Notes: a model not told the origin generated them from the sequence alone. A DNA stretch of 64,000 nt from Candidatus Spongiisociaceae bacterium (GCA_965219685.1 CBDCOH010000002.1:3936001-4000000); one strand, 5' to 3'. Positions 31,019 to 41,361 are shown, numbered from the stretch's first letter. Program-made: numbers and translations.

Positions 31019-32203
31019 TCAGAGCCTGTTTGGGTTGGATGACCACGGGCCTATGAACTGGAGGACTCCCTCCAGTTGCTCAACCAGCCTGTCGTAGGTC
31101 TGCATCCTGATCCGCTCCTTCTCGTGAAGCTCGCGGCGTAAGGCCCTCGCCGCGGGTCGGAGCTTCCCCCGCCGCCCGATCAGCACGACCGCTTCAGCCC
31201 GTAGTTCGATATCGGGAAGGCAGATCCCTGTGTCAGGGTCCAAGTCCCGCGCCTGGTGAAGGTTGGCTCCAATCCATCGCCGCCAATCGTTAATCTGTTC
31301 GACGCCCTTACGAGCGTAAGAGTCGAACTGGTTGGTCTTCTTCAGGGTCACACGGGAGTGGGGGGTCTCGAGTTCCACCAATATCCAGCGGATACCGTTC
31401 GAGTCAATATCTGCAAGCAGGAAGTCAGCGACGTAACGGCCGCCGAAGCGGACCTTCGGACGACAGTACCGCGACGGGCCTCGGACGAGTGAGGCCAGCA
31501 GCTGCGGGCGACGCTCGAGCAGCTCCTGGATCGGTTTCTCGCTGTCGGCCTCGTCAAGAACGTGGCGCAGCTCCTCTATGTCCTCCGCGCTTGCTTCTTG
31601 GGTCACGGCGTAGGGCTCCAGGGCTGCCAACTTTGCCCGTGAGACCGTCGAGGTAGCTGACCGCTCCGCCGCGCGGTTCCTGGCCAGTTTCCGCGCTCGA
31701 GCGCTTCTCTCCGATGTGTCGCCGTGTCGGGCAACCATGGTCAGCTGGTCGGGCCACGCCTGCGCGCCGCGCCCGCCGGCGAAGTACACCTTCCCGTCGT
31801 CCCCGATCGAGGACACCACTTCGTACTGGTCGTTGGATGAGTGCCATGACACAACATCGCCCGTCGCCAGACGGAGTTCACTAAGCCGATGCATCCGGTC
31901 CGCTAACAGGAAGAACTGTATCCATGCGTGGGCTTCTCCGTAGCTGTCAACCGTGGGTGTTGCAACAGACGCCGCCTTAGCCAGGTCCACCAGCCACTCG
32001 TGCTGCCCATTGCTGATTCCATTCGGAACAACCCCGAGGCGGATGTCCACAGCCGTACGCACCCGAGCTTCAGCCACCACCCGCGGCAAGGTCCTGGGAA
32101 TCTCGACTCCTACAACTCCCGCAAACGTCCGCAGATCGTCGTCACAGTCCCCAATCATGCGGCGTATCGCCTTTACCGCACCCTCCCAACTGGAGTGGAC
32201 CAT
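31019..32203 (-). CDS. sduA: Shedu-type (DUF4263) nuclease with about 200-aa N-terminal domain
   Basis: SEKPIQELLE...ADFLL...LVELETP...GVEQINDWRRW...LIGRR...QTYDRL; RBS GGGAGG before ATG 32203. Confidence 0.82.
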   Translation of the reverse strand: MVHSSWEGAVKAIRRMIGDCDDDLRTFAGVVGVEIPRTLPRVVAEARVRTAVDIRLGVVPNGISNGQHEWLVDLAKAASVATPTVDSYGEAHAWIQFFLLADRMHRLSELRLATGDVVSWHSSNDQYEVVSSIGDDGKVYFAGGRGAQAWPDQLTMVARHGDTSERSARARKLARNRAAERSATSTVSRAKLAALEPYAVTQEASAEDIEELRHVLDEADSEKPIQELLERRPQLLASLVRGPSRYCRPKVRFGGRYVADFLLADIDSNGIRWILVELETPHSRVTLKKTNQFDSYARKGVEQINDWRRWIGANLHQARDLDPDTGICLPDIELRAEAVVLIGRRGKLRPAARALRRELHEKERIRMQTYDRLVEQLEGVLQFIGPWSSNPNRL

Positions 32204-32238
32204 CAAACCCTCCCGAGTAGAACGACCAGTAAGACTTT

Positions 32239-32634
32239 CTACCGCCGCCGACCACCGAAGGCTGAGATGAGGACGATGATCCCGACCGCCACCAACAGAA
32301 CCCAGGTCAAGACACGTAGTATCTGAATGAGGACGGGAGCCAGTGCGATGACCGTCAAGAACATGCCACCCAGCACCGGAGCGATAGCACCGCCCTCGTA
32401 CCCATGGCTGGCATTCACCCACGCCCGCCACAAGAACGCGCCGGAGAACGCGGCCAAAGCGACCATGAGGACAGCCAGTTGCCAACCCCCGGGAAACGTC
32501 AGCAGGTCACGGGCAAAAACCCAATCCCACCGGTGCTGAGACCACCACACAAGCGACAGCAGCGCGTTGACACCTGAGAGCACTAACCCGACTCGGGCGG
32601 CCAAGTTCCGAGGTGTTGACACATAGAAAGTCAA
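32239..32634 (-). CDS. Small 3-4 TM membrane protein
   Basis: Hydrophobic helices, basic C-terminus; co-oriented just upstream of Shedu. Confidence 0.6.
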   Translation of the reverse strand: MTFYVSTPRNLAARVGLVLSGVNALLSLVWWSQHRWDWVFARDLLTFPGGWQLAVLMVALAAFSGAFLWRAWVNASHGYEGGAIAPVLGGMFLTVIALAPVLIQILRVLTWVLLVAVGIIVLISAFGGRRR

Positions 32635-32912
32635 GCTACATCCTTCCCATCGAACTACGGTAAACTACATAAATGAGATTATAGCTTGTAGTGGTAATAG
32701 TGGTGTACCGGTTGCCCACCTCACCACTCCTTAGGCGTCGGTGGCGCATGACGCTCCACGGGGTACCGAGGCACCCTGTACCCTCAGGCTCGAACTAGCG
32801 CTAGACCTTCCGTGTTCGTGCACTCCATACCTGACGCCTTATACCAGCGGATGAGGGAGACCAGCCGCCTCCCATGGCCTGGCAGGCGCTCCGGTTGGCG
32901 TTTCCAGGCCGA

Positions 32913-33856
32913 TCAGAAGAGGACAGCCTGTTCCGGGCGCGAGCCTCCCTCGTCCTCGGATAGAGGGCCGTCGAGGATGTTCCGGAGTTGGGATACGGCG
33001 GTGATGGGGGCGGCCCCCATGCCAGCGAGAGCTTCGTTTCCGGGGCCCTCGTCGAGGCCTCGCCAGACGGCCACCTGGCAGTACCGGCCCTTCAATGCTT
33101 CCGTTGCCCCTGACTACGTGCCGCCCGAACCTTTGTCGGCCGCTACCGCTACGGTCACATCTGAGAGGGCGTAGATGAGCTTGTTGCGGCCCATCGCCTT
33201 GCCGACCGAGAACGGGGAGTCCGGTGCGTGAGGTGTACAGATGACTGTCCGGTCGTCGTGAACGGCTCGGCGGACGCCCGGGGATCTCAGGGTCCGGGAG
33301 AGCGAGTGGGCCGGGACGCCGATCACGGTTCTCCCCGCCTCGAAAGCCGCGTTCATGGCCAGTTGATCCACCCTCGCGCTGCACCCGAGATGAGCGGTAC
33401 ATCCAGCGAAGCGGCTTGCCTGCCGAGCGCTGCGGCGACTCGGGCGCCCTCGTCGCTCACGTTGCGGCTCCCCACGACTCCGACACCTCCTTCGTCGAGG
33501 AGTTCCAGGGCCCCGGCGGCGTGGAGTATCGCCGGCGCCTTCCGTCCGAGGTTGGTGCGGAGCTGCTGCGGGTAGGAGTCGCCGAACGGTGTGGGCGTGG
33601 CTATCCCGGACTGGTCGAGCCGCTCCAAGTCGAAGGCCATTGCGGTAGCCCTCGCCAGCAGGCCGGCCACCCGGCCCGTCATGTCCGCTGCCAACCCGGA
33701 GCCCGCTAGATCGTCCTCGGTCATATCGAGAAGACCGGCCGGGTTACCGACTGCATCGACCAGCTTCCAGACCTGTAGAGCCGTGAGCGGTCTGGTTCCG
33801 TCGCTCGCCATCCGGCTCACGAGGAGGATGGCGGCCAGCGCGTCGTCGCTCCTCAT
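32913..33856 (-). pseudogene. DprA/Smf-like protein (PsyrA/RqlI-like), disrupted
   Basis: YP..L...LG..AP, GVVGSR, ISGAARG|VD, AMGRNKLIYAL, GGT*SGA.EAL; frameshift near 33372, TAG at 33114. Confidence 0.85.
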
Positions 33857-34049
33857 CGCACCGACCTCCCCGCCGTACTGGCCAGAGAGCAAAAGGATAC
33901 ACCGGGCCGTATCCGGCCTCCTGGAGCAACCCACCGATCACCGTCATCCTCCAGCGCTAGTCCACGATGTCATCCACCAGCAACACGGTGCCGGCCTCGT
34001 CGGTGAGGCGGCGGAGCAGTACAAGGGCCTCCTGTCCGATCTCATGCAT
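33853..34049 (-). pseudogene. Internally deleted RecQ-PRTase (PsyrT/RqlH-like), copy A
   Basis: MHEIGQEALVLLRRLTDEAGTV (same start as the RecQ at 37351) joined directly to the PRTase tail LLVDDIVD*RW.MTV.G.LL.EAG.GPVYPFAL. Confidence 0.75.
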
Positions 34050-34077
34050 GCCGATCCCCGTGCGCCGCCTTCGGGTC

Positions 34078-34223
34078 GAGGGTCCACCACGCAGAAGTCA
34101 TCGTCCTCAAAGGCCAAGCTACCCACTAAAAGGCAGACGAAAGGAGGCCATCCAGCGACCAACCCCCTAGACCGCGCAGTTTTCAACCGGCCAAACCCGC
34201 GCAATTTCCGACCGGCCTTGACA
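34078..34223 (-). mobile_element. IS21-like terminal fragment
   Basis: Minus strand begins TGTCAAGGCCGG...GGCCGGTTGAAAACTGCGCGG; inverted homolog of 44558-44700; no transposase. Confidence 0.65.
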
Positions 34224-34626
34224 GATTTCACCAGTGGTCATGACAGGGGCCCCGGGGGCTCCGGGGAGAGTTCAGGCAGGTTGAGGAGCTCACCCGACGT
34301 ACACACACTCACCTGCCCTTTGACCTCGACTGCTCCCCCAAGGGGCCAGTCGATGGATCTCTGCCCAATCATGCAAATCGCCGGACGCGAGCGCAACACT
34401 CGCGCAACAGTAAGTTCCAGGCCCGTCCAGCGATCCCGGCCCACGGTAGCGATCACCGAAAGCGGCCGCTGTTATCACGACCGTGGCTTTGGTCATGTGT
34501 TGCGGGGTGGCAGGTGCGTGCCCTGGGAACTGCTGGGTGGCCGAGTGGTCTAGGTCGTCACCGATTCCACCAACTGCCCGCCACCGTGCTTATAATATTT
34601 TTCTATGTCGTTGCTTATATTTTTCC

Positions 34627-35247
34627 ATGCTTGAGGTCGGGACTGAAGGCCACTTCCGGGAGGCTCTCAGCCAGGGGGACCGTGCCGCCGTTTTACTCGT
34701 GGCTCTGGAGGTTGCAACCGAGCAGGCCCACGACGCCGCCCTGGACTGGGGATTCATCCTGCCGCGGACTGAACCGGTCGTCGCGTTCGACTTCGCTGTT
34801 ACTCTCATGGAACCCTTCGAGCAGTCTGATGGCGTAGAGCGGAAGGAATCGAAAGGCCAGTATCTTTGGATCGTTGACACTCTCTACGGCCTTCGAGTGA
34901 AGAAACTGGACCATAACTACCGATCATCGAACCACTATTCTCAGCAGCAGGAGTTGATCAGCCAGCAGAAACCCTTGCCTGGCTTCCCTGACCTCGTTTA
35001 CGTTACGGTGGGAGCTGTCCACGATTCATCCGACCTCGTCACCGGATTCGCGGCAGTTAAGTACTTGGCGGGACCGATGGGCACGCAGAGAGTCGAATGG
35101 GTCGTTGACCTGCGTGACCTCGCCGCGGGCGGGACGGTCCCCACAGTTCCAGTCTTGCCTATAGAACCGGCAGCGCCTGTGGCACCGGCGGTCTTGTTAC
35201 CGAAGAGGGTTCCCGACCGTATGCGGGAAGGCGATCAGCGGGAGTGA
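34627..35247 (+). CDS. Hypothetical protein, putative toxin partner of XRE-IrrE
   Basis: 206-aa ORF after TATAAT (34591); stop 4 nt before the XRE-IrrE start. Confidence 0.7.
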   Translation: MLEVGTEGHFREALSQGDRAAVLLVALEVATEQAHDAALDWGFILPRTEPVVAFDFAVTLMEPFEQSDGVERKESKGQYLWIVDTLYGLRVKKLDHNYRSSNHYSQQQELISQQKPLPGFPDLVYVTVGAVHDSSDLVTGFAAVKYLAGPMGTQRVEWVVDLRDLAAGGTVPTVPVLPIEPAAPVAPAVLLPKRVPDRMREGDQRE

Positions 35248-35251
35248 TCCG

Positions 35252-36391
35252 GTGGAACCAAGGCTGATCACTCTCGCCAGGGTCGGTTCCGGACTTACGC
35301 AGATTCATCTGGCGAAGAAGCTCGGGGTTAGTCAGTCCTTCATCTCACAAGTGGAGCACGGAGAACGGAACCTTCCCACAGCTTTATTTCCGGGTTTCTG
35401 TGAAGCGTGCGACGTTCCCAGCTCGTTCCTGCGGAGCGGCCGACTCCCTCCAGACGATTCGGTCGCAGCAATGGTACATCGGAAGATGAATACTCTCCCG
35501 GCAAAACCTTACAATCTCGCGAACGCTCAGGTCAAGATGCGTGTTCTTGAAATAGACGCACTGTTCACCGAGATAGACGTCATAGCATCACTCCAGATGC
35601 CACATGTTCCGGCAGGGATTGGACCTATTGACGCGGCGGCCCTTCTACGCCGTGCTTGGCGTGTTCCTTCCGGGCCCCTGCCGAACCTTGTCGATCTTGT
35701 GGAGAGCGCCGGCGTTCCTGTGGTCCTCATGGACTGCTTCCACCCAAAGCAGTCCGCAACCGCGCATAGAGGCACATGGGTCGAGTGGATGATCGCACTC
35801 AATAGCTCACACCCGGCCAGCCGATTACGCTTCACGTTGGCGCACGAAGTCGGTCATATCATCATGCGACATGAGGCAACCACACCACTGGACCCGTACG
35901 CAGGTGCTTCGATCGAGAAACAGGCTGATATGTTCGGCGCTGAACTACTGATGCCGACAGCAGACGCCCGGCGTGAGCTCCGCACTGTGACTTTCAAACG
36001 GCTTGTCTTTCTTAAGCAGCGGTGGAAGGTCTCGGTCGCGTTTCTCATTCGCCGTGCTCTAGAGGTCGGGAGAATCCTACCTGAGCAGCGAACACGCTAT
36101 GAGATCGAACTCAGTACACAGCCCGGCGGTCGGAGACGAGAGCCCGCGGAGTTCGAGCCTGAAACGCCGACCCTCATCCGAAGAATGATCAACACACTCG
36201 GACAGACCGGTATGTCGAAGGAACAGATAGCTGATCTTGTTGGTATGACCGAAGAGCGACTTCGGACTGTCTACCTGCGTGAACCGTGCCGGCCTCGGCT
36301 TCTACCCAGCAGAGATACAGACCGTGTAGTGGTCGAGTTACCACCCCCGGCCTTCAGAGGGCAGTCTCCGAGTACCTCCTCCAGTGCGTAA
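35252..36391 (+). CDS. XRE HTH + ImmA/IrrE (DUF955) Zn metallopeptidase (RmrA-like)
   Basis: LTQIHLAKKLGVSQSFISQVEHG; RFTLAHEVGH (HExxH); EKQADMFGAELLMP. Confidence 0.92.
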   Translation: MEPRLITLARVGSGLTQIHLAKKLGVSQSFISQVEHGERNLPTALFPGFCEACDVPSSFLRSGRLPPDDSVAAMVHRKMNTLPAKPYNLANAQVKMRVLEIDALFTEIDVIASLQMPHVPAGIGPIDAAALLRRAWRVPSGPLPNLVDLVESAGVPVVLMDCFHPKQSATAHRGTWVEWMIALNSSHPASRLRFTLAHEVGHIIMRHEATTPLDPYAGASIEKQADMFGAELLMPTADARRELRTVTFKRLVFLKQRWKVSVAFLIRRALEVGRILPEQRTRYEIELSTQPGGRRREPAEFEPETPTLIRRMINTLGQTGMSKEQIADLVGMTEERLRTVYLREPCRPRLLPSRDTDRVVVELPPPAFRGQSPSTSSSA

Positions 36392-36597
36392 CTGTCGAGC
36401 TACGTGTTAACAGCGAACGTCGGTGAGGGCGTTGAGGAGTCTGTCAGTGCCTGAGCACACCGAATAGGATCGGCAGCCCGCACGTCACCGTGGCATTGTG
36501 ACCCACCAACTAACATGTGTCGCAGAGGGCTGACTTGACATCTATCTAACTCGCAGGCGGAGAACACTCTCACGGGGTACGAATCGCCCTTCCGATT

Positions 36598-37351
36598 CAG
36601 GCAGTAGATGACACCCGTGCCTTCGAGGCGGGGGACGACCTGTGCGAGCCAGGCCATGCGCTCTCGCGGTGAAGGCATCGGGAGCACATGGAGCCGCAGG
36701 CCCTCGCGGCCCAGAGGACCTCGAAGCGGCACGAGCCCGGAACCGAGCTGGTCCCGGATGTCCTCCACGACGCGGTCGTTGGCAGCAGTGGCGGTGCAAC
36801 AGAGTACGGGCACGCCCCGGGGCAGCAGATCCAGAACCCTGACGATGCGGCGGTAGTCGGGACGGAAATCGTGCCCCCAGTCGGAGATGCAGTGAGCCTC
36901 GTCCACGACTAGCAGGCCGCTGCGCCGACCTACCTCGGGCAGCACTTCGGTGCGGAACTTCTGGTTGGCGAGCCGTTCGGGGGAGATCAGCAGAAGGTCG
37001 ACCCGCCCGGCTTCGACGCCCTCCTCCACCTCCTCCCATTCGTCTCGGTTGGCGCTGTTTGATGGTGGCGGCTCGCACCCCCATGCCTTCCGCCGCCTCG
37101 ATCTGGTTGCGCATCAGCGCCAGAAGCGGCGAGACCAGCAGCGTCGGCCCCGCCCCCTGATCGCGCAGCAGCCGGGTGGCGATGAAATACACGGCGCTCT
37201 TCCCCCACCCGGTCCGCTGTACGAGAAGTACTCTCTGGCGGTTTTGCACCAGTGCCTGGATCGCCTCCAGCTGGTGCGGACGGAACACGGCGCCGGCCTT
37301 GCCGGTTAGCCGGCCGAGTAGCGCCAGTGCCTCCTGTTCGATCTCATGCAT
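36598..37351 (-). pseudogene. RecQ-like helicase (PsyrT/RqlH-like), copy B, 5' half
   Basis: QRTGWGKS, SPLLALMRNQ, DEAHCISDWGHDFRPDY, TAT, G.IYCL then breaks off; +1 frameshift near 37058. Confidence 0.88.
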
Positions 37352-37689
37352 GCCGAGCCCCGTGCATTGCGTTCGGGTCAAGGTAGCCGTCGCCTGCGAT
37401 ATGATCGTGCGGAGCCTTGGCCCGATGGCCGGTTGCCACATTCTCCGCAATAGGCTCCCGGAGTTCGCCCGCCACGACGGACTCCGCAACGGCGGCAGCC
37501 CATGGACGGCGTCCGTGATCGTCGGCTCACCCGTCGCGTATTTTGGAAGCGATCACATCGTTGTCCGCTGTGCGGAACCGGCGCACGATGGCATGGTCGT
37601 GGTCCGCGGCCTGGTGGAGACGGTGGACTCCGAGGAACGGGTACCGGGTGCTACATCCGTGCCAGGGCGGTTCCGGTCCTGGCTATCCC

Positions 37690-37830
37690 GGGGCTTCGCG
37701 ATACCGGGGCGGCACACCGGCCGGTCGGCTGTAGCGTGGGTGCGGCTATGACCTCGTCCAGGTCATCCCGTCCGACTGCTTGGTATCGGCCCGTAGCCGT
37801 TCCCGAAGATCTGGACGCCACGGGGGCATG
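37690..37830 (+). repeat. Direct repeat of 40965-41105 (5' fragment of antitoxin gene)
   Basis: MTSSRSSRPTAWYRPVAVPEDLDA versus MSPSRSSRPTARYRSVAVPDDVDA, with upstream DNA also conserved. Confidence 0.85.
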
Positions 37831-37957
37831 AGAGTTTGTACCGAGGCTGCTTGTGGCTGTCTGAGATAGCCACGACGTCCATTAAGCAAGGATCAGGGTC
37901 CGTGATACGGACACGTTTCTTTTCCGACTATTGGGATCCTGCGTTTGAGTGCTGACC

Positions 37958-38803
37958 TCACTTCCACTCTCCTGCCGCAGCAGTATCCGGCTCTGTTATG
38001 CTTCTTGTTGTCTTGATCTTGGGATCTACCACGGACTTAATCGCACGATAGAACATCAGGATGACTATGAGTACGATATCGATAAGTGCCACGTTAACGG
38101 GAGACAATCTCGTACCGTATTCTCTGATCCACACAGCCATTATAATTGCGACAATAGTAAAGCCGACAGTTACCCATCTACGCTGGCCGTAGGCTCGCCG
38201 CCCTTGTCGCCGCCTGAAGTACTCTCCCCTTAGTGCTTTCTGGGCGTTGTCATCTGAAGACAGCCTGTAGCTGACTATATCCCAAAGTGTGTAGAGCATG
38301 AAAGACAGGCATACCAGGTAGACTTCTGGCCGAGCATCGGCCTCAGATAAGGACGCCTCTGCTACCCTTATCAACAAGAAATACACGAACACCATTGCCA
38401 CGTCAAGTAAGAACTGTATGAAAGGCTTATTGAAGAACCTCACCCGCAGCTTGGGCAGATTGACACTTGTATAGTATCCAATCGCGCTCGTGACCGTAAG
38501 TGCTGTTGCTACGAATAAGTGCGTCAATGTAACGTAACGGCTACCTAGTACCTCTGTCACCCGGGCTCGACTCAGAATATCACTCTCGTATCGAGAGTCA
38601 GATACCGATGAAGTAGGTAGCTCTCGAAAAATAGGCAGTAGTTGGTCAGCCACTTCGATCGCCAGCTGGCCAATGACAAGGGCGAAGAGAAACCCAGTAA
38701 CCGCCACACCTGTCTGTGTCTTTGCCCTCTCTGGCTGGACACAAAAACAGCGAGAATACCAGATACAAGCATGGTGTTTGATGACACGCATCTGGTGTTT
38801 CAT
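37958..38803 (-). CDS. Multi-pass (about 6 TM) membrane protein of unknown function, low GC
   Basis: 281-aa ORF; ATG 4 nt after the HAD stop. Confidence 0.8.
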   Translation of the reverse strand: MKHQMRVIKHHACIWYSRCFCVQPERAKTQTGVAVTGFLFALVIGQLAIEVADQLLPIFRELPTSSVSDSRYESDILSRARVTEVLGSRYVTLTHLFVATALTVTSAIGYYTSVNLPKLRVRFFNKPFIQFLLDVAMVFVYFLLIRVAEASLSEADARPEVYLVCLSFMLYTLWDIVSYRLSSDDNAQKALRGEYFRRRQGRRAYGQRRWVTVGFTIVAIIMAVWIREYGTRLSPVNVALIDIVLIVILMFYRAIKSVVDPKIKTTRSITEPDTAAAGEWK

Positions 38804-38807
38804 GTTA

Positions 38808-39506
38808 TCACCCTGAGGACGCGAGCCTCTCCAGAGCACAGGGCAGGTGATCCAATGATGTCAGCCGGATAACTCCCTTAGGCACGTTCAGGTGTATACG
38901 GCTCTCATACTGCCAAGTTGGCCTTTCGATCCAGACTGCCTGCAGACCACATTCTATGGCAGGCATGATATCCCACTCTATACTATTACCAACCGAAACG
39001 GCTACTGACGATGACACAGACAGTAAATCGCACATGGCACGAAAGGATGCGGCGGTCTTTCGCTCGACAATTGCTATAGCACGGAAGTGTTCAACAAGTC
39101 CTGACTGGCGAATCCGTTCGTGTTGGATGTTACGGTCGCCTTTCGTGAGCAATCCCAAGTGATAGTTTACATGTAACGCAGACAGCACTTCGTGGACGTG
39201 CGGAATAAGTTCTGCCTTATTTTGGAAAACGGCTATGCTCAAGCGATAAATCCGCTTCTCGGCCTCCGCATCGTAATGAGGCGCGAGCAGACGGAAAGCT
39301 ATTACCGAAGACGTTGGGAATCTCTGCGGGGCAAACCCAAGCTGTGTGACTCGCTCAAGGTCAATCTCTCGCTGGAGTTTTCTCCACAGATGCCCATCGA
39401 GTCCCCGTCGCTCGACTTCACGTTGCGCGTCATCAAGTGCCCTCTCATAGAGAGTCTCTGTTCTCCACAATGTATCGTCGGCATCAAAAATGATGGCACG
39501 TGTCAT
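38808..39506 (-). CDS. HAD-superfamily hydrolase, low GC
   Basis: IFDADDTLW (I), LLTKGD (II), K (III), VGNSIEWDI (IV). Confidence 0.92.
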   Translation of the reverse strand: MTRAIIFDADDTLWRTETLYERALDDAQREVERRGLDGHLWRKLQREIDLERVTQLGFAPQRFPTSSVIAFRLLAPHYDAEAEKRIYRLSIAVFQNKAELIPHVHEVLSALHVNYHLGLLTKGDRNIQHERIRQSGLVEHFRAIAIVERKTAASFRAMCDLLSVSSSVAVSVGNSIEWDIMPAIECGLQAVWIERPTWQYESRIHLNVPKGVIRLTSLDHLPCALERLASSG

Positions 39507-40470
39507 ATTTCGTTCCCTTACCCTTCGGAGGGTACTAGCGGGGCGGGTTGTGACCTCGATCGTAGCGGCAACACCGTGTGGCTGGGCGACTCGTGGATTT
39601 TGGGGCTTGTACTGGTCGGCGTGGGGTCACGTTACGGGATGCCGAGGGCTGCGTAGTTGTTGGGGTTGATGAATCCGCGGGCGACGCGTTGCAGGAGGTT
39701 GTTGATGCCATCGATTGGTTCGTTGGCGGCTCGTCTGCGAGCGGTAGGTCCGAGGGCGCGTGGAGATGTCGTCTTATGCTTCTCACGGTGCGAAGAGGCT
39801 CCAAGCGGGCTTGCTGGAGCGTTCGAACCAGAGGCCTATTGCGTTGTGGTGGGCATCTGGTGCTGCCAGATGATGCCGTTACCGCCTCGTCATCGGCCGA
39901 GGCTCGCGGAGTCCTGGTGCCCCCTTGATGACATTGCTAGGTCGATCTTGCGGGGGAGAGGGTGTTGCAGGGGCCGTGGTCGGCTTCCGATAAGTGTGGT
40001 GTCGGTTGGCCTGCCGCGAACGCGTCGCAGGCGCCGGTCGTGTCCACCGGTCGATGTCCGTCCGGGCCGGAATGTGGGTCACGTCGGTAGCTGTGGTGAC
40101 CACGCCCCCAACGTGGCCGAGCTTCACGGCGGCGATCCGATTCCGAGCGCCGGCCGCTACGTAGTCCCGGGCCGCTTGCTCGTGGTCCGGCCCGGCTAGG
40201 CGTCGCTCTCCAGTGCGCTGGGGAGGAAGGCGGTGCAATCTGCTGTGAGGTCGGTGTGGGCATCCGGGTCGGTCGCTTGAGCCTGCAGCTGGGCCATTAA
40301 CAACGTCTTGATCATCGTGCCGGGGAGGGCGCCGCTGGCCTGACGTCGTCGATGCCGACGCGCAGGGTGCCTCCGAGCGGTGAGCGACTGCTGATAGTGG
40401 CGGGACGAGGACACTTATCGCGACCTGTGATCAGCCGGATCCCAGGGCGACACGCCGCCTCCGACGGGAG

Positions 40471-40815
40471 TTACCGAGCAGAGAGTTCGAGTTCAACGTA
40501 TCGGGAGAAGTCACGTCCTGAATGAAGGTCTCTAAAGCGACTTATGTCTATTTCAAGATCGATAACATCCTTGTCTGATCGATATCTGAAGGCATCACCT
40601 TCTAGAGCACCTGGCGGGCACTTCAGCCAGATCAAGCTGCCGTCCTCCCTTTTGAGGACAATGTGCAGGCCCCTGCCAACTATCTTCCGAGGTATGTGTA
40701 GCCACCAGACTGGCTTTGATTTGTTGACGTTAGCGAAACGGGTGTTCTGATGGTTCAGCAACGTATGGCGGATATGAGAATTGATGCGTCCTATTGCATC
40801 CTGTTTGTCTGGCAC
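40471..40815 (-). CDS. Hypothetical protein, low GC
   Basis: 114-aa ORF with globular composition in an AT-richer patch. Confidence 0.55.
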   Translation of the reverse strand: MPDKQDAIGRINSHIRHTLLNHQNTRFANVNKSKPVWWLHIPRKIVGRGLHIVLKREDGSLIWLKCPPGALEGDAFRYRSDKDVIDLEIDISRFRDLHSGRDFSRYVELELSAR

Positions 40816-41022
40816 CGTGGGTCGCAGCCTTCCTAGTTCGGTCGTAGCTTGTTAACTCAGAGTACTGCTGGGGGCGGCCGTCTTATGCCGTCGGGCGCCG
40901 AACAGGCACCGTCTTCCTGCCGTGCTGGCCCGAGCAGGAGATACACCGGCCAGCAGGCTCTCCCCGAGCTTCGGGATGCCGTGGGGGCACACCGGCCTGC
41001 CAGCGGTAGCATGGGTGCGGCC

Positions 41023-41349
41023 ATGAGTCCGTCTAGGTCATCCCGTCCGACTGCCCGGTACCGGTCCGTAGCCGTTCCCGACGATGTCGACGCCCCGGGG
41101 GCGGTCAAAGCGAGCGGGAGGGCCGTGTTGCCGTTCCATGTCCGTTGGAGTGGTGATCGGGTGTACGACCTCGACGACGAGGCGGATCGCAAGTCGGTGT
41201 ACAGGCAGGTTTTGTCACATGGCCTTGCCGAGGATGTCCGCCGGTTCATACGGGTTCAGGAGCTTGCCCGTCTGTGGGACCGGATGGTGCTGCCGTCGTA
41301 TGTGAGGGATGTGCGGGGACCATGGCTACGCCGGCGCGGTCTCATATAG
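41023..41349 (+). CDS. Small protein resembling antitoxins of actinobacterial nucleotidyltransferase TA pairs (partner absent)
   Basis: LPFHVRWSG...YDLDD...VY.QVL.HG...DVRRFI...L..LW..MVLP..VR. Confidence 0.65.
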   Translation: MSPSRSSRPTARYRSVAVPDDVDAPGAVKASGRAVLPFHVRWSGDRVYDLDDEADRKSVYRQVLSHGLAEDVRRFIRVQELARLWDRMVLPSYVRDVRGPWLRRRGLI

Positions 41350-41361
41350 AGGAGCGACGCG

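Noticed and set aside
36560-36600. tRNA-like att site (minus strand GGCGATTCGTACCCC) at the RecQ breakpoint
   Set aside because: Only a loose T-arm-like match; no cloverleaf, partner site or integrase. No tRNA or rRNA genes recognised in the window
33853-37351. One recQ gene simply split by an insertion
   Set aside because: The downstream piece has its own copy of the RecQ start and upstream DNA, so two gene copies are involved
39560-40440. Overlapping short ORFs as real genes
   Set aside because: No recognisable motifs and inconsistent frames; probably decayed mobile DNA
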